Part shown: in pieces, positions 1 to 9,960 of the stretch
How the letters are laid out: every line of letters starts with the position of its first letter
Numbering within the stretch: position 1 is the first letter of the stretch
Assembly (NCBI GenBank): GCA_963748625.1
Contig: CAVVJT010000008.1
Span: 32,001-96,000 of the forward strand
Reading direction: 5' to 3'
DNA length: 64,000 nt
From: an uncultured Chloroflexia bacterium
GTDB lineage: Bacteria; Chloroflexota; Limnocylindria; Limnocylindrales; CSP1-4
Translations under genes and position numbers: made by a program
Notes under the pieces: generated by a model
The model's input: the letters and a program-made list of their open reading frames with translations, nothing else
Told to the model about the DNA's origin: nothing
Database searches by the model: none

Positions 1-233
1 TTGTAGCCCGGGCCGCCGGTGCCAACGCGGGACGTGTTGAGGGACGCCTTCTTGCCGAACTCGCCGTCGCCGCCCTGGACCATGAAGCCCGGGATGACGC
101 GGTGGAAGATGACGCCGTCGTAGAAGCCGGCCTTGGCGAGCTTCACGAAGTTGGCGGCGGCAAGGGGGGCGCCCTCGGTGAAGAGGTCGGCCTCCATCGT
201 GCCGGCGTCGGTGGCGATGATCACGCGGGTCAT
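1..233 (-). CDS. Cyclophilin-type peptidyl-prolyl cis-trans isomerase (cytoplasmic; 3' end runs off the window)
   Basis: Not in the ORF track. Hand translation from ATG at 233 gives [18 protein letters not shown]...[29 protein letters not shown] (cyclophilin signature). GAGGAG SD upstream. Confidence 0.9.
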   Translation of the reverse strand, partial: MTRVIIATDAGTMEADLFTEGAPLAAANFVKLAKAGFYDGVIFHRVIPGFMVQGGDGEFGKKASLNTSRVGTGGPGY

Positions 234-275
234 TGACAGCTCCTCGTTCGGCTGGCGTCTGCAGGTTGGGGACGG

Positions 276-992
276 CTAGGGGTTGGTGACGGTGGCCTTC
301 TTGATGACCACCGGGTTCTCCGGCTGCTCGACGCCGGCCGCGGCCTCCGTGATGGCGTCCGCGACGTCCATGCCCTCGATGACCTCACCGAAGATCTGGT
401 ACGTGTTGTAGCTCTCGAGCGCCTGGCGGGCGGCATCGTCGGTGACGATGAAGAACTGGGAGCCGACGCTGTTGGGGGCGCTGGTCCTGGCCCAGGCGAC
501 GGTGCCGCGGCCGTACTTGGCAGTCACGGGCTCGTCCTCGATGGTGTAGCCCGGGCCGCCGGTGCCGGCCATCCCGGGGATCCAGTCCGGGGCGCGGCCG
601 AACTGGCCGTCACCGCCCTGGATGACGAAGCCCGGCACGACGCGGTGGAAGATGACGTTGTCGTAGAAGCCGCAGTCCGCGAGCGCCACGAAGTTGCCGG
701 CGGCGATGGGCGAGAGGTCGGCCTCGACCTTGATGACGATCTTGCCCTTGTCGGTGTCGAGCGTGACGGTCCGGGTCTCCCCGGCGGCGAGCGCGTCGGG
801 CTGGGCCTCCGGGCAGCCCGGCGGATAGGTGGGTCCCGGGTGGGTGGGCGCGGGCGTCGGCGTCTCCGGCGCGAGCGAGGGGATGGTCGGCAGCGGCGAG
901 GCGGCGCCGGTGCCACCTCCGCCGGTGCAGGCGGCGAGCAGCAGTGGGACGGCGACGGCGGCCAGGACCCGGGTCAGAGCACGGCGGTTCAT
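276..992 (-). CDS. Cyclophilin-type PPIase, lipoprotein
   Basis: Lipobox LLLAAC, Pro-rich linker, FYDNVIFHRVVPGFVIQGGD, GSQFFI, IFGEVIEGMDV. Confidence 0.92.
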   Translation of the reverse strand: MNRRALTRVLAAVAVPLLLAACTGGGGTGAASPLPTIPSLAPETPTPAPTHPGPTYPPGCPEAQPDALAAGETRTVTLDTDKGKIVIKVEADLSPIAAGNFVALADCGFYDNVIFHRVVPGFVIQGGDGQFGRAPDWIPGMAGTGGPGYTIEDEPVTAKYGRGTVAWARTSAPNSVGSQFFIVTDDAARQALESYNTYQIFGEVIEGMDVADAITEAAAGVEQPENPVVIKKATVTNP

Positions 993-1693
993 GCGGTTGC
1001 GGCCTCCAGGGCGGCGGGAAGGTCGATGGCCCCTGAGAGGATGGCCTCTCCGAGGATGCAGCCGGCCACGCCGGCATCGCGCAGCCGGCGGATGCCGGCC
1101 AGGTCGTTGACTCCGCCCGCGACGAGGACGTCCACGTCGTGGCGGCGGGTGAGCGAGTCCAGGAGACCGGTGTCGGGGGCGGCTCCACCGTGGCTCAGCA
1201 CCACGCGGTGGACGCCCGCGGCGACCAGCTCCTCCACAAGGGTATCGAGGGTCGGCGGAATCGTCCGTTTCCAGGGGTAGGCGGCGATCCGCTCGGGGCG
1301 TGGATCGAGCCCGACGGCCAGCCAGTCACCCGCCACGCCGACGCAGGCCCGCAGGTCGTCGGGGCGTTCGACGATCGCCGTGGAGAGCACCACGCGCGTC
1401 GCTCCCGCGGCGAACGCGAGCCGGATGTGGTCGGCATCACCCAGGCCGCCGGCGACCTGCAGCGGCACCGCGACCTTCGCCGCCACCGCGCCGATCACCT
1501 CGAGCGCCGCGGGTGCGCCGCGGGTCGCACCGTCGAAGTCCACGAGGTGGATGATCCGCGCCCCCTGGGCGACCAGCTGCTCTGCGATCCGGTCAGGACG
1601 ATCGGTGGGCGCACCGGTGCCGGACGCGGCGCCCGGCCAGTACACGAGCCGCGAGCGCCCGCTCTTGACGTCGATCGCCGGGATGATATCCAC
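989..1693 (-). CDS. HisA/HisF-related TIM-barrel protein
   Basis: DIIPAIDV, IHLVDFDGA, QVAGGL, VAGGV, GCILGEA motifs. Likely GTG start at 1693, just after the DUF885 stop. Confidence 0.8.
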   Translation of the reverse strand: MDIIPAIDVKSGRSRLVYWPGAASGTGAPTDRPDRIAEQLVAQGARIIHLVDFDGATRGAPAALEVIGAVAAKVAVPLQVAGGLGDADHIRLAFAAGATRVVLSTAIVERPDDLRACVGVAGDWLAVGLDPRPERIAAYPWKRTIPPTLDTLVEELVAAGVHRVVLSHGGAAPDTGLLDSLTRRHDVDVLVAGGVNDLAGIRRLRDAGVAGCILGEAILSGAIDLPAALEAATA

Positions 1694-1697
1694 CGGG

Positions 1698-3374
1698 TCA
1701 GACGCCCTCCCGCAGGAGGCGGGCATGGAACGAGATCGGCAGGGAGCCGTTCACGAGCAGCGTGTCGTGGAAGGCCTTGAGGCTGAACGCCGCGCCGCGC
1801 CGCCGCCGCTCCTCCTCGCGGAGGCCCAGGATCAGGACCTTGCCCAGGAGGTAGCTCAACTGGTAGCCGGGTGTGTAGGTGTACCGGCGGACCTCGGCCC
1901 GGGCGTTCGCCTGCTCGAAGGCGGTGTGCTCCACCATGAAGTCCACGGCCTCGGCCTCGGAGAGCTCGCCGCGGTGCATCCGGATGTCCAGGATGATCCG
2001 GCAGGCCCGCCAGACGACGTCGGTCCACATGGCCACGCGGAATGCGGGACCCGTGTCGAAGCCCTCCTCGCGCATCATCTGCTCGGTGTACATGCCCCAG
2101 CCCTCGACGAACTCGGGGGCCTCGGTGAGCATCCGGGTGAGTGACGGGTGCTTCGCTGCGACCGCCAGCTGGAGGTGGTGGCCCGGGTAGGCCTCGTGGA
2201 TGCTGGTGTTGGAGATGGACGCCCAGTAGTGCTCGCGCATGGCGTTGGGGTCGTTGTCCACGGCCGGCGTGACGACGTAGAGGCCGCGCTGGTCCGCGTC
2301 GAAGCGGGCTGGGTTGAAGTACGCCGCGAACGGCATGACGCTGCGCAGGTACTCCGGGGTCTCGATGACCTCGAGAACCTCGTCGGGTGGGATGCTGGCG
2401 AGGTCCCGCTCCAGGATGTGGGCGCGAGCGCGCCGCATCGCGTCCCGGTAGCCCTCGAGCGCGTCGTCGAAGGTGGCGGGACGGTCATCCTTGAGGCGGT
2501 CGATGACGGCCAGGGTGTCCCGGTCCGGGTCGAGCTCTCGGGCGGCCTCGCGGCGCGCGTCCAGGCTGGTCCGCAGCTGGTCCCAGCCGATCGCGAGGAT
2601 CGCGTCCGCGTCCAGGTCCCCGAACGACCGGCGGCGGACGAGCTCGTCGTAGGGGTCGCGGCCCAGCGCCCAGTCGTCGGTGGAGGAGGCGAGGGTCCCG
2701 TCGAGCCAGGTGACGTAGGCATCGAGTGCGCCGTTCGCCTTCGCGACGGCCCGGTCCAGGCGGATGGCCTCGCGCTCGTCGAGGACGCCGGCACCGGCGG
2801 TCGACACCTCGGCGAAGAGGCCGGGCATGTCCACGGCATAGCGCCGTTCGACGCGCTGCCACGTTGCGACCTGTGGCCCGACGGCCCGGCTGCGTGCCTC
2901 CTGGAGGAAGCGCGGTACCTGCTCGAGGCGGTCGGCGATACGCGCAAGCCGCTCGCCCAGGGGCGCGGCGCCGCGCGCGAACAGCAGGTAGACGGCGTCG
3001 CCCACCTCGCCTGCCGCCGTGCCCATCCGCTCCCAGCGGCGGACCTCGTCGATCTCGAAGAGGCGCAGGCGCAGATTGTGGACCTCGAGGTCGCGCTCGA
3101 AGCGGGCCTCGGCGGACAGGCCATCGGAAGGGAGCGCCTCGATGGCGGCGAGGTGCGCCTTCTCCTCGGCGATCTCCTCGAGGATGGCCTCGCGGGAGCC
3201 ATCGCCCAGCCGGTGGTCCTCGGTGTGGATACCCAGGATGCTCGCCTCCACCGGGTTGGTGTGGACCAGGCGCCGGACGCGGGTCTCGACCAGGTCGAAG
3301 AGGGTTGTGTCGAGCGGGCCCTCGTCCGGTGCGGCCGCCGGGCGCGGGAGCTGGTACTGCGCGGTGGGGAGCAC
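1698..3374 (-). CDS. DUF885 family protein (putative Zn metallopeptidase-like)
   Basis: HEAYPGHHLQ, FVEGWGMYTE, EVRRYTYTPGYQLSYLLGK, FHDTLL motifs. Confidence 0.88.
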   Translation of the reverse strand: MLPTAQYQLPRPAAAPDEGPLDTTLFDLVETRVRRLVHTNPVEASILGIHTEDHRLGDGSREAILEEIAEEKAHLAAIEALPSDGLSAEARFERDLEVHNLRLRLFEIDEVRRWERMGTAAGEVGDAVYLLFARGAAPLGERLARIADRLEQVPRFLQEARSRAVGPQVATWQRVERRYAVDMPGLFAEVSTAGAGVLDEREAIRLDRAVAKANGALDAYVTWLDGTLASSTDDWALGRDPYDELVRRRSFGDLDADAILAIGWDQLRTSLDARREAARELDPDRDTLAVIDRLKDDRPATFDDALEGYRDAMRRARAHILERDLASIPPDEVLEVIETPEYLRSVMPFAAYFNPARFDADQRGLYVVTPAVDNDPNAMREHYWASISNTSIHEAYPGHHLQLAVAAKHPSLTRMLTEAPEFVEGWGMYTEQMMREEGFDTGPAFRVAMWTDVVWRACRIILDIRMHRGELSEAEAVDFMVEHTAFEQANARAEVRRYTYTPGYQLSYLLGKVLILGLREEERRRRGAAFSLKAFHDTLLVNGSLPISFHARLLREGV

Positions 3375-4529
3375 TCAGGCTGTCCCGTCGTGCGCGGATG
3401 CGGTGGTCCCGACGGGCACGGTTGCGGTCGCCGTCGCGCCGGGTGCCGTCGTCTGGAGCGCCTCGGCCACGACGTCCACCACGCGGTCCACGTCGGTCGC
3501 GGCGACTCCGTAATGGGTCACGGCACGGATGGAGCCGTTCGCGTAGGGGACCATGAGCACACCGCGTGCCTCGAGGGCCGCAAGGAAGGCTGACCGGTCC
3601 CGGTGAACGCGGAACAGGACGAAGTTGGTGACGGCGCGCCCGGGATCGAGGCGGTCGCCGTCGGGCTGGGCGATGCCGCCGGGGGAGCCGATGCCGTCGA
3701 GCTGCGCGAGGCCCTCCGCGAGGCGTCGGGCGTTGACATGGTCCTCCGCCAGGCGGTCGATCATGCCGTCGGGCCCGTCGCTCAAGGCCACCAGACCGGC
3801 GGCCGCGAGGACGCCCACCTGGCGCATGCCGCCGCCGACGAGCTTGCGGGCGCGCCGGGCGCGGTCGATGAACGCGGCCGGACCCACGACGACGGAGCCG
3901 ATGGGCGCGGCGAGGCCCTTGGACAGGCAGAACGTGACGGTGTCGGCAGGCGCGGCAAGCTGCACCGGGGTCACTCCGAGCGCGACCGCGGCGTTGAAGA
4001 ACCGTGCGCCGTCCATGTGCAGCGGGATGCCACCGTCCTGGGCGATGCGCGCCACCTCCTCGACGTATTCGAGCGGGAGTGGACGGCCGCCGGTGTGGGC
4101 GTGGGTGTTCTCCAGGACGATGAGGCTGGTGATGGGCTCGTGATAGTCCGTCGGGTCGCGGAAGGCGGCACGGATCCGGGCCGGGTCCATGGTGCCGTCG
4201 GGACGCTCGGGCAGCGCGCGGATCGTGGCGCCCACGACGACCGCGTGACCGCCGGCCTCATCCATGACGGTGTGGGTGGTCTCGCCGGCGATCGCCTCGT
4301 GGCCGCGCGGCAGGTGGGCCATGAGGCTCACGAGGTTGCCCATGGTGCCGCTCGCGACGAAGAGGCCCGCCTCCTTGCCGAGCAGGGACGCGGCGCGGGC
4401 TTCCAACTCGTTGACGGTGGGGTCGTCGCTGAAGACGTCGTCGCCGACGCGGGCCTCGGCCATCGCGCGGCGCATGGCGGGCGTGGGGTGGGTGACGGTG
4501 TCGGAGCGCAGGTCGATCACGGGGGTCAT
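3375..4529 (-). CDS. ltaE: Low-specificity L-threonine aldolase (PLP)
   Basis: [38 protein letters not shown] (PLP Lys), GGGMRQ. Confidence 0.9.
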   Translation of the reverse strand: MTPVIDLRSDTVTHPTPAMRRAMAEARVGDDVFSDDPTVNELEARAASLLGKEAGLFVASGTMGNLVSLMAHLPRGHEAIAGETTHTVMDEAGGHAVVVGATIRALPERPDGTMDPARIRAAFRDPTDYHEPITSLIVLENTHAHTGGRPLPLEYVEEVARIAQDGGIPLHMDGARFFNAAVALGVTPVQLAAPADTVTFCLSKGLAAPIGSVVVGPAAFIDRARRARKLVGGGMRQVGVLAAAGLVALSDGPDGMIDRLAEDHVNARRLAEGLAQLDGIGSPGGIAQPDGDRLDPGRAVTNFVLFRVHRDRSAFLAALEARGVLMVPYANGSIRAVTHYGVAATDVDRVVDVVAEALQTTAPGATATATVPVGTTASAHDGTA

Positions 4530-4865
4530 AGCCGGGCGAGCATAGCGCGGGCGTGCACACGGAGGCTCCGCGGGTCGTGAGACTGCCGACGTTCGGCCCA
4601 GGTGGGGGGCTTTTCGCGAACCTCCACGCACGAGCCGGGTGGCAAACCTCGAGTTACGAGCGCAGCGCACGCTCAGCGCGGGCCGCAACGCCCCACACGT
4701 GGGCCGACACGTCATGCGGGCCGACACGTCCCGTGGGCCGCCGCGTCAGGCCCCGGGTCAGCCCCCCGTCGAGGCCTCGCCTGCGCGCTGGGCCGGTCCT
4801 GCAACGTCACAGGTCCTTACAATCCACGTCGGCGGCGCGGATGCGCCGCGTCACGGAGGTGTGGG

Positions 4866-5501
4866 ATGACCCTGGTTATCGCGATTGTCGCGATGCTCAT
4901 CGGTGCTGCTTTCGCGTTTGCGGGCTGGCGCTTCTTCCTGTTGCTGCTCCCGTTCTGGGGCCTGCTCGTCGGCTTCAACGTGGGCACCGAGGTCGTGACC
5001 GCGATCTTCGGCGATGGCACGTTCGCGACCGTCACGTCGTGGGCGGTCGGCTTCGTGCTGGCGCTCGTGTTCGCCGTGCTCTCGTGGATGTGGTGGTACT
5101 TCGCGGTGGCGCTGCTCGGCGCATCGGTGGGCTTCGCGCTAGGCCAGGCCGCGTGGGGCATCATCGGCAGCGAGACCGGGCTGATCGCATTGGTGCTCGG
5201 CCTGGTCGTGGGTGCCGTGTTCGGCATCGGCGTGCTGGTCCTCAACGTGCCCCGGGTGCTCGTCATCGTGCTCTCGGGCCTCGGCGGTGCCGCCGCGATC
5301 CTCGCCGGCTGGTTCGTCCTGACGGGTGCCATCCCGTCCGACCAGATCCGCTGGGTCATGGTGGGCAAGGAGATCACGTCGAGCTGGTTCTACCTGATCG
5401 TCTGGGCCGTCATCGCGGGCGCCGGGATGATCGCCCAGCTCAAGGTGCCGGACTTCGGCACGACCCAGTTCGAGTACTCGAAGGACTCGTACCGCTACTA
5501 G
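4866..5501 (+). CDS. DUF4203/TM7S3-like multi-pass membrane protein
   Basis: GGAGG SD then ATG at 4866; about 7 Gly-rich hydrophobic segments. Confidence 0.7.
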   Translation: MTLVIAIVAMLIGAAFAFAGWRFFLLLLPFWGLLVGFNVGTEVVTAIFGDGTFATVTSWAVGFVLALVFAVLSWMWWYFAVALLGASVGFALGQAAWGIIGSETGLIALVLGLVVGAVFGIGVLVLNVPRVLVIVLSGLGGAAAILAGWFVLTGAIPSDQIRWVMVGKEITSSWFYLIVWAVIAGAGMIAQLKVPDFGTTQFEYSKDSYRY

Positions 5502-5515
5502 GTCTCAAGCGCACG

Positions 5516-5553
5516 AGGCCCGGGACCGGACGCCCATCCGGCTCCCGGGCTTC
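5516..5553 (+). terminator. GC-rich hairpin between convergent genes
   Basis: gaggcccggga-ccgga...tccgg-ctcccgggcttc inverted repeat right after the stop codon. Confidence 0.5.
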
Positions 5554-5648
5554 TTCATGTCCGGGGGCTTCTTCATGTCCGGGCGGTGTTCCGGGCGGTG
5601 TCCGGCGGGGCGACCCCTTGCCCGCGCGCCTACCCCTTGCCCGCGCGC

Positions 5649-6917
5649 CTACCCCTTGTCGCCGGGCGCAGTGAAGTGATCGGCGACCGAAGCCGGCTCG
5701 TCGCCCGGCACGGGCTCCACCTTGTTGCGGAGCAGCGCGGCGTACGGCCTCGAGGCCGGGTAGTGCTCCATCAGCGCGAGCAGGCCCACGGTGAGCGGCA
5801 CGGCCAGGAGCGCGCCGGCCGCGCCCAGGATCCAGGCCCAGACAACCACGGCGATGAACACCACCAGCGGAGAGAGGTTGAGCTCCGAGCCCATCACGAT
5901 CGGCTGCAGGAACTGGTCCTGGATCATGTTGATCACGAGGTAGGCGACCAGGACGATCCCCGCGGTGACCAGCCCGCCGTCGAGGAACGCGAGCACCAGG
6001 GTGGGCACCATTGCGATGATCGAGCCGACGTTGGGGATGAACGACGCCAGGAAGACGAGGAACGCCCAGAGCAGCGGCAGCGGCACGCTCAGCACCACCA
6101 GCACCACGAAGATCGCGACGGCCGCGAAGAGGCCCAGCTTCGCGCGCACGACGAGGTAGTGGCGCAGGTCGATGCCGAACTGCTTCACGCCCGTCAGCAG
6201 ATCGTGGTGGATGCCGAAGGCGACCATCGCCCGATCCCCCATGGAGTTGCCGCCCGCGAGGGCGTAGACCATCGTGAGCGCCAGGATGAGGATGGCGATG
6301 CCGCCGCCTGACACCGCCGAGGCCACCGGCCGCACGAAACCGGCGATCTGCTCGGGCGAGATGACCGAGAGGATGGCCTCCAGCTCGACGACGATCCCAA
6401 ACGTGGCGAGGATGGCCGTGATCCGCTCGATCTCGGTGGCGACCGTGTTCTGGTACTTGGGGATCTGGATGACCAGTTCGCCTACCGACAGCGCGATCAC
6501 GCCAGCGGTCACGAGGAGGACCACGAGCACGGCGATCAGGGTGATCGCCAGCGCACCCGCGTGCTTGATGCCGCGCCTCTGGAGCGCAGGAATCGCAGGA
6601 TAGGTGAGCAGGGCCAGGAACAGGCCGAAGATCACCGGCACGATCAGCGAGGCGACCTCGCGCAGGAGCAGCGCCGCCAGCAGGACGAGGACAAGACCCG
6701 CCACCGCCGTGAGCGGTCCGGGCGGGACGCGCAGGGCCGCCACGCCCCCGGGCGTGGGCGCAGGCGTGGGCGCAGGCTTCACCGGGGGTGACGCAGGGAC
6801 GGGCTCGGACGCAGGGACGGGCTCGGACGCAGGGACGGGCTCGGACGCAGGGACGGGCTCGGACGCAGGGACGGGCTCGGACGCAGGGACGGGCTCGGAC
6901 GCTCCGGGATCGGTCAT
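5649..6917 (-). CDS. AI-2E family transporter
   Basis: FLASFIPNVGS, LQPIVMGSELNLSPLVV, GALLAVPLT; N-terminal ASEPVP repeats. Confidence 0.9.
   Translation of the reverse strand: MTDPGASEPVPASEPVPASEPVPASEPVPASEPVPASEPVPASPPVKPAPTPAPTPGGVAALRVPPGPLTAVAGLVLVLLAALLLREVASLIVPVIFGLFLALLTYPAIPALQRRGIKHAGALAITLIAVLVVLLVTAGVIALSVGELVIQIPKYQNTVATEIERITAILATFGIVVELEAILSVISPEQIAGFVRPVASAVSGGGIAILILALTMVYALAGGNSMGDRAMVAFGIHHDLLTGVKQFGIDLRHYLVVRAKLGLFAAVAIFVVLVVLSVPLPLLWAFLVFLASFIPNVGSIIAMVPTLVLAFLDGGLVTAGIVLVAYLVINMIQDQFLQPIVMGSELNLSPLVVFIAVVVWAWILGAAGALLAVPLTVGLLALMEHYPASRPYAALLRNKVEPVPGDEPASVADHFTAPGDKG
6790..6902. repeat. 18-bp tandem repeat x6 (gacgcagggacgggctcg), encodes ASEPVP-type repeat
   Basis: Read directly from the sequence. 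Confidence 0.95.
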
Positions 6918-6966
6918 CGTGCTGACTCTAGCGCGCCATGGCCGCGGTGGTCGATCGGTGCGGACC

Positions 6967-8193
6967 TCAGGCCGTGCCCGTCGCCGCGCCCGAGCCCGTG
7001 TCCGCCGCCGCCGTGCCAGCCGGTGCCGCCGCCGTGCCAGCCGGTGCCGCCGGTGCTCCGGCCGGATCCACGGCCTCGGCCACCTCGCGTGCCGCGATCA
7101 GGCCGCCGAGCAGGTCCGGCCCGCCGAGATTGACCACGGCCCGTGCGTTCCCAGCGAGCTCCTGGGCGACACGCAGGCGCTGCAGCTCGAGGTCGTAGCG
7201 CGCCGCATGCGGGTTGGCGGCGAGCCGCTCCTCGAGCCCGGCGAGGCGGATGGCCTCGTTCTCGGCCTCGAGCTCCACGGCGCGCCGATGGCTCTGCGCC
7301 TCTTGCGCGATGAGCGCGGCTGCATCGGCGAGGCGCCGCTTGTCCAGCTCGTAGTTCTCGGACTGGGCCGCCAGCTGGAGCGTCGCGAGGCGGCGTGCCT
7401 CGAGGGACTCGGTCACGGCCGCGGGCAGGCTCACCCGCGTGATCGCCACGCCGGAGATATGCACGCCGTACGGATCGAGCTTGGGCGCGACGACCTCCTT
7501 CATGCGCTCCGCATGAATGGCCCCGAGGTCCAGTGTGGCGAGCGCATCGATGCCGCGGACGAGCATCCGTACCGCGTCCTGGCACGCCGCCTGGATGTAC
7601 TGGTCGGCGTCGCCGGCGGTGATCGAGTACACGAACTTCACGGGGTCCGCGATCTTGATCGTCAGCAGCGAGTCGATGGTGATCCCGATCCCGTCCGAAG
7701 AGCGAACCTCGGTCACGGGCACGTCGAACGCGATCTCGCGCGTGGTCACGATATGCGAGAGGGCGACGAGCGGGTTGACCCAGCGCACGCCCTCGTCGAG
7801 TACCCGGGAGTGGCGGCCGCCCTTGATGATCAGGCCGACGGTGCCCGGCGGGATGCGGATGATGAGGCGGGACATGATCCCGGCGAACACCAGTGCGGCG
7901 CCCGCGATCACGATGACCGCCCTGATGGCCGTGGCGAGCGGCACGAACAGGCCAGAGGCCACGATCGCGATGGCGATCAGGATCAGCGTCGGGTTCACCG
8001 GTGCCTGACGCCGGACCCGGACCACCACCGGAATGCGTCCGAACTCATCGGCGCGCTCGATGGCCTCGCCAGCCTCAAGTGGACCGGCCTCGGCTTCCGT
8101 CAGCTGCACGTATGGAGCCGCGGCGACTCGCGCCGCAACGGAGGCGGCGGCCTCGTTCGTGCTGTCCGAGATCCGGGCGGGATCGTCGCTCAC
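6967..8193 (-). CDS. SPFH/band-7 domain membrane protein
   Basis: Two TM helices, then IRIPPGTVGL...SSDGIGITID...YGVHISGVAITRVSLP and a coiled-coil tail. Confidence 0.8.
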   Translation of the reverse strand: MSDDPARISDSTNEAAASVAARVAAAPYVQLTEAEAGPLEAGEAIERADEFGRIPVVVRVRRQAPVNPTLILIAIAIVASGLFVPLATAIRAVIVIAGAALVFAGIMSRLIIRIPPGTVGLIIKGGRHSRVLDEGVRWVNPLVALSHIVTTREIAFDVPVTEVRSSDGIGITIDSLLTIKIADPVKFVYSITAGDADQYIQAACQDAVRMLVRGIDALATLDLGAIHAERMKEVVAPKLDPYGVHISGVAITRVSLPAAVTESLEARRLATLQLAAQSENYELDKRRLADAAALIAQEAQSHRRAVELEAENEAIRLAGLEERLAANPHAARYDLELQRLRVAQELAGNARAVVNLGGPDLLGGLIAAREVAEAVDPAGAPAAPAGTAAAPAGTAAADTGSGAATGTA

Positions 8194-9644
8194 GGCTGGG
8201 TGCTCCTCTGGGTGGCCGCGGCGCGGGCGGCGTAGGTGGCGGGCATGGGCCGTGCGCCGGCCGGGGCGGACCCGGCGGCCATGGCTGCGGCTGTGGTGGT
8301 TCGACCTGCGTTCGACGCGGCCGCAGGGGTCGCGACGGCTCTCGCTGCGACAGGGGACCCCGCGGACCCGGGCAGGCGCGACGGCGGGAGGGTCGCGGTC
8401 ATCGCCGGCACGCTCGGCTTCCGGTAGACCGAGGGCGTCGCCTTGGCGATCGTCGACGTGCTGGCCCTGCGCCGGTCACCCGGCAGCACGCCCGCGGGGG
8501 CCGCAGGATCTCCCAGGCGGCCGTTCGCGTAGCGGATCAGGTCGCGTCCGATGGCCACGATCGGCGCGGCGGCCAGCAGCCACACGACCCCGAACTGGCT
8601 CAGCACCACGATGGCCGGGATCAGCAGCCCCGGGTGGACATCGAGCACGCCGCGCGACATCCGCGTCTCCACGACGGAGGACGCGAGCTTCACGGAGACC
8701 ACGTAGACGATCACGGATGCGACGAACACCTCGGGTCCGCCGATCGGCAGGGCGAGGAGGAGCGGGAAGAAGCCGATGAAGAAGCCGAGCTCCGGGATGA
8801 GCTGCAGCGCACCCAGGAGGACGGCGGCGGCAACGCCGAACCGGAACTCGCCGATGCCCAGCTCATGGGCTGCGGCGAGGCCCACGTAGATCAGGAACCC
8901 GGCGATGATCGCCAGCAGGAGGCGGACCCGGAGGAACGTGGCGAGTGCCCGGTCGACGATCCGGAACAGGGCCCAGACGTCCTTGCGGATTGCCGGCGCG
9001 AAGAGCTTGGCGCCCCGCTGCTTGATGGTGCGCTCGTCGGCCACCATGGTCAGGATCCAGGCCGGGATGACGAGCAGTCCGAGCAGGGTGGACAGGGTCC
9101 CCACGACGCCCAGGATCTGGTTGGTGACGATCTGCGCCGCCTGGTCGACGAAGCCCTGGAGGACGACCTGGATGTTGGCGGAGACCTCGGTCAGCAGGTT
9201 CAGCACGATGGTGCGCATGGGCTCCGGCATCGTGCCCAGCTGCTGCTGGATCTGGGCCGCCCAGGCCTCGAGCCGCTCCGGGCTCGGCAGGCCGTTGACG
9301 ACGGAGGTGACGCCCGTGATCAGGGGCGGCAGGACCACGGCGACGACGCCCACGAGGATCGCCACCGCCACCAGCTCGGCGAGCAGCGCGGCAAACACGC
9401 GGGGCATGAACGCGTCGAGGCGGTTGGCCAGGGGCAGGACCGCGTACGCGAGGACGGCGCCCGCCACGAACGGCGCGAGCGCCGGCCACGAGGCGATGGC
9501 AAGCCAGGTCGACACGCCCAGGACGCCGAGTCCGATCAGGCCGCGCGTGAGCGCCTGCGGGCTGACGGACTGGACTCGCTCGCGCAGGAGCCGCCATCGC
9601 TGGCCCGCGCGGGCGCGGGCCTCGGGCGTCGCGGAGAGGGTCAT
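8190..9644 (-). CDS. AI-2E family transporter
   Basis: LAYAVLPLANRL, LQLIPELGFFIG, DVHPGLLI, LLAAAPI; stop overlaps the SPFH start. Confidence 0.85.
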   Translation of the reverse strand: MTLSATPEARARAGQRWRLLRERVQSVSPQALTRGLIGLGVLGVSTWLAIASWPALAPFVAGAVLAYAVLPLANRLDAFMPRVFAALLAELVAVAILVGVVAVVLPPLITGVTSVVNGLPSPERLEAWAAQIQQQLGTMPEPMRTIVLNLLTEVSANIQVVLQGFVDQAAQIVTNQILGVVGTLSTLLGLLVIPAWILTMVADERTIKQRGAKLFAPAIRKDVWALFRIVDRALATFLRVRLLLAIIAGFLIYVGLAAAHELGIGEFRFGVAAAVLLGALQLIPELGFFIGFFPLLLALPIGGPEVFVASVIVYVVSVKLASSVVETRMSRGVLDVHPGLLIPAIVVLSQFGVVWLLAAAPIVAIGRDLIRYANGRLGDPAAPAGVLPGDRRRASTSTIAKATPSVYRKPSVPAMTATLPPSRLPGSAGSPVAARAVATPAAASNAGRTTTAAAMAAGSAPAGARPMPATYAARAAATQRSTQP

Positions 9645-9804
9645 CGGAGAACCTCGGTGAGGGTCCGGCAGGCGGCCGGCCGTGGATCGAGTGGCGGAAT
9701 CTGGGAAGGATCCGGCTGCGGCGGAGTATAGGGCCGCCGAATCGAACGCTGGTCATCCCGTTGGCGTGAGGTCCGGACCCCTGCTATCATCCGCCGTCGG
9801 CCGC

Positions 9805-9881
9805 GGACCCGTGGTGTAGCGGCCCAACATGCCAGCCTGTCACGCTGGAGATCGCCGGTTCGAATCCGGTCGGGTCCGCCA
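9805..9881 (+). tRNA. tRNA-Asp (GTC)
   Basis: Acceptor stem ggacccg/cgggtcc, anticodon arm ccagc-CT-GTC-AC-gctgg, T-loop GTTCGAATC, encoded CCA; TATCAT -10 at 9785-9790. Confidence 0.97.
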
Positions 9882-9900
9882 TCCACTCGATTCCTCGCAC

Positions 9901-9934
9901 GCCCCGTCCGCCCGCCCGGACGGGGCGTCTTTCT
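9901..9934 (+). terminator. Intrinsic terminator after tRNA
   Basis: gccccgtccg-cccgcc-cggacggggc followed by gtctttct. Confidence 0.75.
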
Positions 9935-9960
9935 GCCCCCGGGTTACACTCTGCGCCCAC

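Noticed and set aside
9805-9881. tRNA-Asp as an integration site for the island
   Set aside because: No integrase and no duplicated tRNA 3' end were seen in the window.
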